Assembly: GCA_030041475.1 (NCBI GenBank)
Contig: JASHNU010000074.1
Span: 50,528 to 114,527 of the forward strand
Direction: 5' to 3'
Origin: Candidatus Sulfotelmatobacter sp.
GTDB taxonomy: Bacteria > Acidobacteriota > Terriglobia > Terriglobales > Acidobacteriaceae
DNA length: 64,000 nt
Notes under the pieces: generated by a model
Told to the model about the DNA's origin: nothing
Databases searched by the model: none
The model's input: the letters and a program-made list of their open reading frames with translations, nothing else
Position numbers and translations under genes: made by a program
Shown: piece after piece, positions 46,506 to 55,498 of the stretch
Position numbering within the stretch: position 1 is the first letter of the stretch
How the letters are laid out: every line of letters starts with the position of its first letter

Positions 46506-47810
46506 ATGGAACCTCCCATGAACTTCGGGTCGAATGAAAACGGCGCCGGCGTGCGGGCGTTTCGCGAGCGATTGCTTGCCTGGTACAACGCGAATGCGCG
46601 CGACTTGCCGTGGCGGGCGCGGCCGAATGCGACGAAAAAGCGCGATCCCTATCGCGTCTGGGTATCGGAGATCATGCTCCAGCAGACGCGCGTGTCGGCC
46701 GTGATTGAGCACTACCACGAGTTTCTGCGGCGGTTTCCAACCGTGCAAAAGCTGGCGAAGGCGCGGGAGGCGAGTGTGCTGGCGGCGTGGAGCGGACTCG
46801 GATATTACCGGCGGGCACGCATGCTGCACGCGGCGGCGAAGGTGGTCGTGCGGGAGCGGGACGGCGAGTTCCCCACAACTGCAGCGGGATGGCGGGAGTT
46901 GCCGGGCATTGGGCGATATACGGCCGCGGCGATTGCGAGCATTGCATTCGATGAGGCGGCCGCAGTGGTGGATGGGAACGTCGAGCGCGTGCTGCAGCGG
47001 ACTGCGGGCGAGCGGATGGCTGCAAAAGACTTGTGGCGGGCGGCAGAGGAATTGCTCGATCGCACGCGGCCGGGGGATTTCAACCAGGCCATGATGGAGT
47101 TGGGAGCGATGGTCTGCACGCCGCGCGCTCCGGCTTGTTTGAAGTGTCCGGTGGTCGAGTTGTGCGCGACGCGGGGAGAGATGAAGAGCGCGTCGAAGCT
47201 GCCGCGCCAGAAAAAGCGGGAGATCGATTATGCGCTGGATGTGCGTGACGGCGCGGTGTTTCTGGTGCAGCGGGCGGGCGATGCGCGGTTGATGGCGGGG
47301 ATGTGGGAGCTGCCGGAGATTACTCCGGGGGCTCAAGCCCCATCCCGAAAAGATGAATGGATCGCGGCGTTGAAGCGCCGCGCCACCCAAAAGCGCACTC
47401 AAGAGCAGATTCCCCCCGCGCACTCGCCGCGTGCGCGGCTGCGAGTGGGTCGGAACGACAAAGCGAATGGAGGCTCTCAGAATGGAAAAATGAATGGACG
47501 CAACCCCCAAGGGCCTCTCCTCACGTTGCGGCATTCGATTACTGTGACGGATTACACCGTACGGGTGTGGCGTCGACCTGCGCCAAAGGGAGCGATCGGG
47601 GAGTGGATATCAGTAGAGAAACTGACGAAATTACCGCTGACGGGTCTAACGCGGAAGATTCTACGTGGGGCGAACATGGCAGAGACGACGGCGACGGGTC
47701 CATCACCGGTAGTGTCTGAAAAGTGCCTTTCAGACACTACCCCATCACCTTCTTCATCCCGGAACGGACCTCACTCATCTAAAATGGATAACAATACGGA
47801 GGGTCAGTAA
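46506..47810 (+). CDS. mutY: A/G-specific adenine DNA glycosylase (with repeat-derived insertion and C-terminal extension)
   Basis: LLAWYNANARDLPWR, PYRVWVSEIMLQQT, GLGYYRRAR, LPGIGRYTAAAI, VVDGNVERV, the 4Fe-4S cysteines C..C..C..C (CTPRAPACLKCPVVELC) and a NUDIX-like C-terminal domain. The start is uncertain (46428, 46506 or 46518). Confidence 0.88.
   Translation: MEPPMNFGSNENGAGVRAFRERLLAWYNANARDLPWRARPNATKKRDPYRVWVSEIMLQQTRVSAVIEHYHEFLRRFPTVQKLAKAREASVLAAWSGLGYYRRARMLHAAAKVVVRERDGEFPTTAAGWRELPGIGRYTAAAIASIAFDEAAAVVDGNVERVLQRTAGERMAAKDLWRAAEELLDRTRPGDFNQAMMELGAMVCTPRAPACLKCPVVELCATRGEMKSASKLPRQKKREIDYALDVRDGAVFLVQRAGDARLMAGMWELPEITPGAQAPSRKDEWIAALKRRATQKRTQEQIPPAHSPRARLRVGRNDKANGGSQNGKMNGRNPQGPLLTLRHSITVTDYTVRVWRRPAPKGAIGEWISVEKLTKLPLTGLTRKILRGANMAETTATGPSPVVSEKCLSDTTPSPSSSRNGPHSSKMDNNTEGQ
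47331..47516 (+). repeat. REP-like sequence (family B related) in frame inside the mutY C-terminal domain
   Basis: gcggcgttgaagcgccgcgccacccaaaagcgcac (47364..47398) resembles the intergenic gcagcgctggaagcgctgcgccacccaagagcac (58171..58204). An 8-bp hairpin ccgcgcac-tcgccgc-gtgcgcgg is also present. It is translated as ...AALKRRATQKRTQEQ...RVGRNDK.... Confidence 0.65.
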
Positions 47811-48307
47811 TGCCTGCTTTAGCCACGGGAACGAAGGCTCCCGCATTTGAGTTGAAGACGTTGGAGGGCAAGACATTTTCCCTGCGCGACGAACTGGCTC
47901 GGGGGCCGGTGGTGCTGGCGTTTTTCAAAGTGTCGTGCCCGGTGTGTCAGTTTGCGTTTCCCTACCTGGAGCGGCTGCATGAGGCGTACAAGCAGACGGG
48001 TTACACGCTGTTGGGAGTTTCGCAGAACGATGCCAAAGAAACGGCGGCATTCGATAAGGAATTTGGCGTGACATTTCCAGTGCTGCTTGACGAACTGGGG
48101 CGATATCCGGTTTCGAATGCTTATGGGCTGACCAATGTGCCGACCGTGTTCTGGATCGCGCAGGATGGCGAGATTGAACTTTCCAGCGTGGGTTGGCTGA
48201 AGGCCGACCTTGAAGAGCTGAATCGACGGATGAGCGAAGCGGGAAAGATCAAACCGATGCCGTTGTTCGCATCCGGTGAAAGCGTGCCCGATTTCCGCGC
48301 GGGTTGA
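47810..48307 (+). CDS. Thioredoxin-fold redoxin (AhpC/TSA / TlpA-like) with CxxC
   Basis: 165 aa: GTKAPAFELKTLEGKTFSL, VVLAFFKVSCPVCQFAFP, GVTFPVLLD. The ATG overlaps the mutY stop (TAATG). Confidence 0.8.
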   Translation: MPALATGTKAPAFELKTLEGKTFSLRDELARGPVVLAFFKVSCPVCQFAFPYLERLHEAYKQTGYTLLGVSQNDAKETAAFDKEFGVTFPVLLDELGRYPVSNAYGLTNVPTVFWIAQDGEIELSSVGWLKADLEELNRRMSEAGKIKPMPLFASGESVPDFRAG

Positions 48308-48564
48308 AGCTCGAAAAACTAGCCGCCGGTCCGGCGGGTGGAAAGCGAGAACGCCAACCACAGGGGACCCCGAGGATGACAGGGTGGTGCCGTCCGGGCA
48401 CGTCCAGATGGTCGCCTGTTTTCCGGGGGTGGTTGCACTCTCGTGCTCCCGAGACCCATTACTTCTCATACAACGGCGCGATTCCCTCCGTTACAATCCA
48501 TGCAGACTTACATAATCAGACCGGCTTCTGACGAGCGCCGCTTCGTTGGGGGAGAGACCTGTCC

Positions 48565-50295
48565 ATGCAAGGACTGTCCGTGCGGGGAGTGGTAAGAGCT
48601 ATTTCTGCGTTTCTGGCTTTGAGCCTGGTGCTGGGCTGCAGTGTGCTTGCCTGGGCTGGAAGTGCTGCGGGGTCGAGTGCTTCCACAAAGGCGAAGAGCG
48701 CGCCTTCGATCCGCCTGCCGGGTGCGGCTTATAACGCGCTGGAGACGATCAATCCCGAACGCATTCGCTGGCACGTGCGCTACCTGTCGCACGATCTTCT
48801 GGAGGGCCGCGGCACGGGACAGCGCGGCGGCGACATCGCCGCCGAATACATGGCCACGCAATTTGCCGAAGCCGGATTGAAGCCGGCCGGCGATCACGGG
48901 ACGTTCATGCAGAAGATTCCGCTGGTGGGCGTCACGACTCTGCCCGAGACCCAGTTTTCGCTCGTGCCCAAGCAGGGCGAGACCATGAATTTGAAGCCCC
49001 TCGACGAATATGTGGCCTACGATCAGACGCAGCAACCGCAATCGGAAGTTGATGCCGAGATTGTGTACGTGGGCTACGGCATCGAGGCGCCCGAATACAA
49101 CTGGGACGACTACAAGGGCACGGACGTTCACGGCAAAGTTTTGCTGATGCTGGTGAACGAGCCGCCGTCGGATGATCCGAAGTTTTTCAAGGGCAAGGCG
49201 CTCACCTACTACGGACGCTGGACGTACAAGTATGAAGAAGCCGTCCGCAGGGGCGCGGTGGGCGCGATCTTGGTGCATCAGACGGAGATGGCGAGTTATC
49301 CGTGGGAAGTGGTGCGGAACTCGAATTCCGGGGAGAAGTCGTATCTAAAGCTGGAAGGGCCGGCGTTGAAGGTTGCGTCGTGGGTTCACTTCGATGTGGG
49401 GAAACGGCTGGCGCTGGCCTCGGGGATGAATCTCGACAAGATGATGCAGGATGCGCGGACACGGGATTTTCACCCGGTCGTTCTGGGGGCGCGGCTCAAG
49501 GCGCACATGGTGAGCAAGGTTCGTAGTTTTGAGTCGAACAACGTGCTGGCGATTCTGCCGGGATCAGATAAGCGGGTCGCGGATGAGGCCGTGATCTACA
49601 CGGCGCACTACGATCATTTCGGAATTCGTCCGGACATGCCGGGCGACAATATTTTCAACGGCGCCAACGATAACGCCACCGGCTGCGGCATCCTGCTGGA
49701 ACTGGCGCGCGCGTTCGGGACGGCGGCGGCGCGGCCGCGGCGTTCGATTATTTTTGCCGCCGTGACGGCAGAGGAGCAGGGATTGCTCGGGTCCGAATAC
49801 TTGGGGAAGCATCCGCCGGTTCCGGCTGGGAAAATCTCTCTCGACCTGAATTACGACGATGTGAAGCCGTTGGGAGCGCCCGAAGAGGTTGAGGTTTCCG
49901 GCGCGGAGCGGACGACGTTTTATCCGATCGTGGAGGCGATGGCGAAGGAATTCCGGCTGGCGATTCGTCCCGATGCGCGGCCGGAGGCGGGACATTTTTA
50001 CCGCTCTGATCATTTCAGCCTGGCGCGCGTTGGGATCCCGTCGTTCTCGATCAACGAAGGCATGAAGTACAAGGGGCACACCGAGGCGTGGGGCGTGCAG
50101 CAGGAGAAGGAGTACGTCGAGAAGCACTACCACCAGCCGAGCGATGAATATCACCCGGAGATGGACTTTGTCGGCGACTCGGCAATGGCGCGCTTCGGAT
50201 TTGCTTTGGGATGGGAAGCGGCGAGCCAGGCCAAGCTGATTGGTTGGCAGCACGGCGATGAATTCGAGTCGGCGAGAGTGAAGAGCCAGCAGTAA
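48565..50295 (+). CDS. M28-family secreted aminopeptidase with PA domain
   Basis: 576 aa with a signal peptide. Zn ligand blocks are YTAHYDHFG, GANDNATG, AVTAEEQGLLGS and FYRSDHFS. Confidence 0.85.
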   Translation: MQGLSVRGVVRAISAFLALSLVLGCSVLAWAGSAAGSSASTKAKSAPSIRLPGAAYNALETINPERIRWHVRYLSHDLLEGRGTGQRGGDIAAEYMATQFAEAGLKPAGDHGTFMQKIPLVGVTTLPETQFSLVPKQGETMNLKPLDEYVAYDQTQQPQSEVDAEIVYVGYGIEAPEYNWDDYKGTDVHGKVLLMLVNEPPSDDPKFFKGKALTYYGRWTYKYEEAVRRGAVGAILVHQTEMASYPWEVVRNSNSGEKSYLKLEGPALKVASWVHFDVGKRLALASGMNLDKMMQDARTRDFHPVVLGARLKAHMVSKVRSFESNNVLAILPGSDKRVADEAVIYTAHYDHFGIRPDMPGDNIFNGANDNATGCGILLELARAFGTAAARPRRSIIFAAVTAEEQGLLGSEYLGKHPPVPAGKISLDLNYDDVKPLGAPEEVEVSGAERTTFYPIVEAMAKEFRLAIRPDARPEAGHFYRSDHFSLARVGIPSFSINEGMKYKGHTEAWGVQQEKEYVEKHYHQPSDEYHPEMDFVGDSAMARFGFALGWEAASQAKLIGWQHGDEFESARVKSQQ

Positions 50296-50333
50296 GCGGT
50301 GGCAGAGTGAATGCGATTATCCCCTGACATCTC

Positions 50334-50825
50334 ATGTCGTCCTCCACGCAGCCGCGCATAAGTCGTCTACTTTTGTGGCTGTCAGTGGTTGTGGCAGCGC
50401 TTCCCGCCTTCGAGCTTCCGAAGAATTGGATCGCGTACAGCGACCGCCAAGTCCATTCGAGCCCCTTCCTCAACTTCCATCCGCTGTTTGCATTTCTGTA
50501 TGTCCCCCTGGCGTTCGGACTTTTCTGGCCAATCCTGATCGCAATCGCTGCCTGGGCGACGCGGCGCCCGGGGCAGCCGCTGGTGTGGCCGGCGAAGGCC
50601 GCTCTCATCGTGTTCATTCTTTCCGCCTGTTGTTCAGCTCCGCTGGTAGTCCTCGAACATCGCCGCTATGTCTATGGACTGGAGGCAGTACGCGCGGAAC
50701 AGCAGCGCATGGACACATTTCGCGCCGAGCAGGAACAAGAGAAGCAAAAGGCACTGACGCAGCTGAAGACCAACGGTTTGGCGTCTCTCAGTGAACCGCT
50801 ACCGGACCTCAGGTCGACGCCGTGA
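50334..50825 (+). CDS. Membrane protein (3-4 TM) with C-terminal coiled coil, function unknown
   Basis: 163 aa with hydrophobic helices and a tail reading EQQRMDTFRAEQEQEKQKAL. No recognisable Shine-Dalgarno is present. Confidence 0.5.
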   Translation: MSSSTQPRISRLLLWLSVVVAALPAFELPKNWIAYSDRQVHSSPFLNFHPLFAFLYVPLAFGLFWPILIAIAAWATRRPGQPLVWPAKAALIVFILSACCSAPLVVLEHRRYVYGLEAVRAEQQRMDTFRAEQEQEKQKALTQLKTNGLASLSEPLPDLRSTP

Positions 50826-51154
50826 ACAACTACCTGGACGCTCATTCCCGGAGCCCACTAGAACTTGAGAACGCGGCGCGACACTATCGAACCAGTGTGG
50901 CAGTGATGAAACACCTGGCCGGTAAGCGTTATTGCCCCGGCCCAGTGCTGGAAATTGTCTTCGACAACGTCCTCGAACTGCAAAAAGACCCGCCTCCTCA
51001 GGTGGCGTTCACTCTGTACGAGGCGCTGTACTACCTTGCCTGGAATCCGAATGTTCCAGATTCGGTACTGGTTCGAATGCTAGAGAACTCGAACGCCCAG
51101 GCACGCACGGCAGCGGCGGCGAGTCTAGCGACGCGTCAAAAAAATCTGCACTGA
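50822..51154 (+). CDS. Small helical (HEAT/LRV-like) protein, function unknown
   Basis: 110 aa. The GTG start overlaps the upstream stop by 4 nt (GTGA). It contains WNPNVPDSVLVRMLENSNAQARTAAAAS, which resembles a leucine-rich-repeat-variant/HEAT helix pair. Confidence 0.45.
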   Translation: MNNYLDAHSRSPLELENAARHYRTSVAVMKHLAGKRYCPGPVLEIVFDNVLELQKDPPPQVAFTLYEALYYLAWNPNVPDSVLVRMLENSNAQARTAAAASLATRQKNLH

Positions 51155-51302
51155 AAGGCCGGCTGGCGCTGGCCTCCTGTTTCAACCCGCAAAGGGAATT
51201 CAGACCCTGTAACCTAGGTAACTTTAGCCGGCCGCGGGTGCATGCTAGCCTCCATATGTAGGTGTGTAATCAGTAACTTCCCAACAGAACCCTGTCTTAC
51301 CG

Positions 51303-53537
51303 ATGCCGAGAATACCCATTTTTCGTCTAGGCGGGACGCCGGAGAAGCCTGAGCTGCCGGAACTGGCGGCATCGGCGCCGAGCCTCTCGCTGGAAGGCTT
51401 GTCGCTGGGCGTGGACAATGTGCGCCACGACGTGGTGCTAAGCCCGCGGTTTGTCGAGGTGGCGCGGGCGCAGATCGCGCGCCTTGTGGCGCGGCATGGA
51501 GAACTGGAGGGGTTGCTTGCCGCCGATGCGGGCCCGGCCGGTCAGGGGCCGTCCTGGATGCGGAACATGGCGGGAAAGATTGCCAGGCCGAAGACGGACC
51601 CGGGCGAGTGGAAGGCTCTCCTGACGGAGTTGCAGGTGAGCTCGCTCAATCGGGCGAAGAAGCAATCGCGCCTGGCGGTCGACATGCTGGCGCGGCTGGC
51701 GATCGTAAAATTTCTGCGCGCAGAGTTGAGCCAGCAATTCGCGCAGGTGGTGGAGCGCTGCCGGGTGCTGCTCAAGACCTACGACAATGTTCGCCAGCAG
51801 AAAGCCCTCGAGTACCGCGAAAAATTGGCGACCTTCCAGGTACGGAAGAAAATTATTCTGCGCAAGGCCGGGCAGGAGATTTTTGAAACCCTGCGCGAAG
51901 TGGAGAAAAGCACGTTGGCGCGCACGCGGCGCTCACTGTTCGGCGCAGACGCCGCGGAGGGACTGGCGGCATATCCGCTGTTCGTGAACCGGTTGCTGTT
52001 TTCTGAAGACGGCCGCGACGACTACCTGTGCGCCGAGCACTATGTCATGCTGGGCAACTGGGACCGCGATCCCGACCGCTATACCCGCCTGCGGGACGTG
52101 GCCTCTGCCTTTCTGCGCTCACTTTATGGCGAGGAAGTCATCGCCGGAACTCTGGACGCCTGGATGAGCGTGCCGGAGAATGCCCGGCTGCTGGTCGGAA
52201 CCGGCACGCCGGAAGATTCCACGGAAGGATTGGAGCAGCAGGAGCGGCTGGCGGCGTGGGTGCGCCTGCTCGAGGATGAGCACGTCATGGAAAACGTGAT
52301 CGCCTCCTACAATGTGGTGCCCCTGCTCAACGAATATGCGCCGCGGATCAATCCGCAGCAGCTGAAGAATGCGCTCATTGACCGCACCGAATGCGATCGC
52401 GTGGAGCGAATGATTCAGGAGTTCGGGAAACTCTCGCCCAACAGCCTTTACACCGCGGTGGCAAAAGTGGCGAGTTGCCGCGGGGCGGAACGAGCCAAGG
52501 TGGCTGCGCGGTTCCTCGCCGATTTTTTTCACTATCACCGCGATCTGCGGCGCCTGGAGACGGTGAGCGCCGCCCTGGACACGGTGAGCCTGGCGGCCAA
52601 CGAACGGTTGCAGGAACTGTCGCGCGTGAACGGTACGCTCTATGAATTCCTTCTCCCCGAGGAACAGCGCGAGGAGGAATCCGACCGCGTGCTGCGCCAT
52701 GTGGTGCTGAAGGCCGACGTGCGCGACTCGACCCGGCTGACGCAGACCATGATGGAAAAGGGGCTGAATCCCGCGTCGTACTTCAGTTTGAATTTTTACG
52801 ATCCGGTCAATAAGCTGCTGGAGAAATACGGCGCGCAGAAAGTCTTTCTCGAAGGCGATGCCATCATTCTCGCCATTCTCGAGCGCGAGGGCGCGCCCGG
52901 GCTGTGCGTAAGCCGCATGTGCGTGCTGGCCCGGGAAATCATCGAAATTGTGCGCGGATACAACGAATTGATGCAGCGCTCGGGCATGCCCCAGCTGGAA
53001 CTCGGCTTGGGCATTACGCTGCAGGAATCGGCGCCCCTCTATCTGATGGATGGCGAGCACCAGATCATGATTTCCGAGGCACTGAATGAGAGCGACCGGC
53101 TGTCGTCGTGCAACAAGCGCGCCCGCAAGGTGATGGAGCCGCAGGCCGGGCCATTCCACGTCTATGCTTTTCAGTCGGCCGAGCCAGATGAAGAAGGCAA
53201 CTTCGAGGGCGTGATTCTCAACTTCAACCTCGGCGGAATCCGCATGAACGAGGCTGCATTTCGCAAGTTGCAGCAGGAGATCACTTTGGAGCCGCTGAAG
53301 GTGCGGCTGCCGCCGCAGCTGGCGTCGTCGGACAAGGGCGAGTACCGGCTATTCATCGCCACGGTGCCGGTGGACCGCGACATCTTCCGCAAGATCGTGG
53401 TGCGCGAGAGCCGTATTCCGCGCGTCGACCCATCGGACTTTTCACTCAAGGGATGGACTGAGCGGCCCTACTACGAAGTCTGCACCGATTCGGCGATCTA
53501 CGCGGCGCTGGAGAAGAAAAAAGGCGCCGGTGGATAG
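51303..53537 (+). CDS. Large uncharacterised protein with a class III nucleotide-cyclase-like domain near the C-terminus
   Basis: 744 aa. An N-terminal region of about 460 aa is helical and matches no family I recognise. Residues about 465-620 read VVLKADVRDSTRL ... VFLEGDAIILAI ... LGLGITLQ ... ISEALNESDRL. That is Asp, about 47 aa, Asp, about 77 aa, then Asn-x3-Arg, which matches the catalytic spacing of class III cyclases. Confidence 0.7.
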   Translation: MPRIPIFRLGGTPEKPELPELAASAPSLSLEGLSLGVDNVRHDVVLSPRFVEVARAQIARLVARHGELEGLLAADAGPAGQGPSWMRNMAGKIARPKTDPGEWKALLTELQVSSLNRAKKQSRLAVDMLARLAIVKFLRAELSQQFAQVVERCRVLLKTYDNVRQQKALEYREKLATFQVRKKIILRKAGQEIFETLREVEKSTLARTRRSLFGADAAEGLAAYPLFVNRLLFSEDGRDDYLCAEHYVMLGNWDRDPDRYTRLRDVASAFLRSLYGEEVIAGTLDAWMSVPENARLLVGTGTPEDSTEGLEQQERLAAWVRLLEDEHVMENVIASYNVVPLLNEYAPRINPQQLKNALIDRTECDRVERMIQEFGKLSPNSLYTAVAKVASCRGAERAKVAARFLADFFHYHRDLRRLETVSAALDTVSLAANERLQELSRVNGTLYEFLLPEEQREEESDRVLRHVVLKADVRDSTRLTQTMMEKGLNPASYFSLNFYDPVNKLLEKYGAQKVFLEGDAIILAILEREGAPGLCVSRMCVLAREIIEIVRGYNELMQRSGMPQLELGLGITLQESAPLYLMDGEHQIMISEALNESDRLSSCNKRARKVMEPQAGPFHVYAFQSAEPDEEGNFEGVILNFNLGGIRMNEAAFRKLQQEITLEPLKVRLPPQLASSDKGEYRLFIATVPVDRDIFRKIVVRESRIPRVDPSDFSLKGWTERPYYEVCTDSAIYAALEKKKGAGG

Positions 53538-53583
53538 CCTCTGACGGAAGTTCCCTGGGCCTTCCCTGATCCCTCCGAAGTGT

Positions 53584-55353
53584 TCAGAATCGGTCGAGCG
53601 GCAACGGCTTGAACGGAATCTGGAACGTGGCCTCCACCTCGACGGGAATGCCATTCCTGGTTGCGGGCTGGAATTGCCACTCGGAGACAGCCTGGCTGGC
53701 GCGCTGGTCGAGGCGCGGATCGAGACTGCGCAGCACGCGGATATTGCCTACCGTGCCATCGGTGTGAATGATGGCGTAGAGAATCACGGTGCCCGTCACG
53801 TTCTGGCGCATCAGCTGCAAGGGGTAGCCAGGATCGACTTTGACCTTGGCGACGGGCGCCGAAAGCTCGCCAGAGGAATTCGGATCGGGATGAAGCTCGG
53901 CAAAGCGCACCACCCAGCTTCCTCCTGCTGAGTTCAGGTTCGGCATGTTGAGTGTGAGCGAGAAGAACTGGCGGCCGAGAAAAATGCTGCGCTCGACATC
54001 CGATAGTTTGGCCGTGCTCTCTGAGCGAAGGGATGCAGGAGCACCGGCATTGGCGTGCGGCAGGCTGGCGCTGGCGACGACAGCCGGATTCAGTGCGGTA
54101 TTGCCTGAAGGCGCGTTTTCTGACGAGGGATCGCCTGCGACTGAGGCAGTTTTTCTCGAGGCGGGAGCGCTACCCACATAAAGCCCCGCGGGGAGATCGC
54201 TGTTTCCGTTCCGGTTCGTCCCAGCCCCACCGCCGTTGCCCGCCGCTGACCCACCCTCCGCTGAACCACCCCCGGCTGAACCAGGCAAGCCCGAAGCGCC
54301 GACACGACCCTCGGGAGTCGCCGCGAATATGCCTCGGCGGTTTCCCACGGGCGGGTCCGGTGGCGGGTCGACGGCAGGATGCAAATTCAGAGCGACAACG
54401 CGGCCTGGCGATCCGAGCGAATCGCCCGCTGATGTAGACCCGGAGAGCGCTGGCGGCGGAGGGACAACCTGCGGGGCAGCGGCTATTCCGATGGCAGACC
54501 ATGCTCCCTGCTCTTCTACTGCAAGTTGCGGAGCGGGAGCGATCACAGAGCTGCGCCCCATGTTGATGTCTCCAATCGCTCGGCTGGCCATTGGCGTTGC
54601 ATCGACGCTGGGCGGAGGAGCGATCACCGCGAGCTGCTTCTTCGGCAGGGAGACCGTGGCAGGAGATACGCGAACTTCGGGCGGCGGCGCCACGACAGAG
54701 GCCTGCAAGGTGGGCGAGGCGATTCGCGAAAGCTCCGCGGCTGGGGTCAGGGGTGCGGCAGGAATGGCGAGGCGCGGCTTCTGCGCAGCGTCCGGCCAGG
54801 CAACTACATTCGGCAGCGCGACGTCGTGCTTCAGCTTCACATTCGGCGGAGTGACGATGGTCTGCGAGCGGTTGTCAGCCTCCGGCGGAAGCGAAATGAT
54901 CGGCTGGCGCGAAAACTCCGGGTCGGCCGGCTTAGGTTCATCTGCCTTCTGCTTATCAAAGCTTGGAGGGTCCTCCTGCGCAACTCGCGTATCAAGCGGC
55001 GGCAGATATTCCTCCGCCGAGTAGTAGATTAGCTGCGAACGATCGAAGACCGGCCGCGGGACGGGTGGCGGCTGCAGCGCAAGGAATTGGATGACTTCCA
55101 CGAGCAGCAGAAACGCCGCGCAATGCCAGGCACACGACTGGAGAAACCCGAACCAGGGCAGCCCGCGCTTCACAAACACGTCGGGCCAGAACGGAGCGGG
55201 AGCGGAGCGAAGCTCAAGCCGGGCGAGGCGGCGCGGAAAAATCAAGTCGCGCAGGTTGCTGAAGAAAACCCGCGGACGGGACGGCAACTCGACCAGCAGG
55301 CGCGGGATGGGCGCCGGCTGCAGCGTTTCCGCCGAGACTCGGGCTGCGGTCAT
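53584..55353 (-). CDS. TonB-family energy transducer-like protein (long Pro/Ala-rich linker)
   Basis: 589 aa with an N-terminal TM (AWHCAAFLLLVEVIQFLAL), an extended Pro-rich region and a C-terminal TonB_C-like domain (YPLQLMRQNVTGTVILYAIIHTDGTVGNIRVLRS...AVSEWQFQPATRNGIPVEV). Confidence 0.8.
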   Translation of the reverse strand: MTAARVSAETLQPAPIPRLLVELPSRPRVFFSNLRDLIFPRRLARLELRSAPAPFWPDVFVKRGLPWFGFLQSCAWHCAAFLLLVEVIQFLALQPPPVPRPVFDRSQLIYYSAEEYLPPLDTRVAQEDPPSFDKQKADEPKPADPEFSRQPIISLPPEADNRSQTIVTPPNVKLKHDVALPNVVAWPDAAQKPRLAIPAAPLTPAAELSRIASPTLQASVVAPPPEVRVSPATVSLPKKQLAVIAPPPSVDATPMASRAIGDINMGRSSVIAPAPQLAVEEQGAWSAIGIAAAPQVVPPPPALSGSTSAGDSLGSPGRVVALNLHPAVDPPPDPPVGNRRGIFAATPEGRVGASGLPGSAGGGSAEGGSAAGNGGGAGTNRNGNSDLPAGLYVGSAPASRKTASVAGDPSSENAPSGNTALNPAVVASASLPHANAGAPASLRSESTAKLSDVERSIFLGRQFFSLTLNMPNLNSAGGSWVVRFAELHPDPNSSGELSAPVAKVKVDPGYPLQLMRQNVTGTVILYAIIHTDGTVGNIRVLRSLDPRLDQRASQAVSEWQFQPATRNGIPVEVEATFQIPFKPLPLDRF

Positions 55354-55498
55354 TCTGCCTATAGTAGATGCATGCGGGCGAGTTGGGTAGACCGAAAGGA
55401 CATCGGCTTCCCGTTCTGGGCAGGCCCGGGTTTTCCCGAAACGCGTTTATAATCTGTGGTTCAGCATTCAATCGCATTCCTACTGTAAGGATTCAATT

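Noticed and set aside
48368-48380. Possible extra family A variant copy (ccccgaggatgac) after the redoxin gene.
   Set aside because: The match is only about 11 nt, too short to separate from chance without a genome-wide consensus.
50334-53537. Pycsar/CBASS-like anti-phage interpretation (cyclase plus TM effector).
   Set aside because: The TM protein lacks any cyclic-nucleotide-binding or effector domain that I can see. The cyclase-like protein is far larger than known PycC/CD-NTase enzymes. The neighbourhood is housekeeping with no other defence or mobile genes. It is kept only as a signalling candidate.
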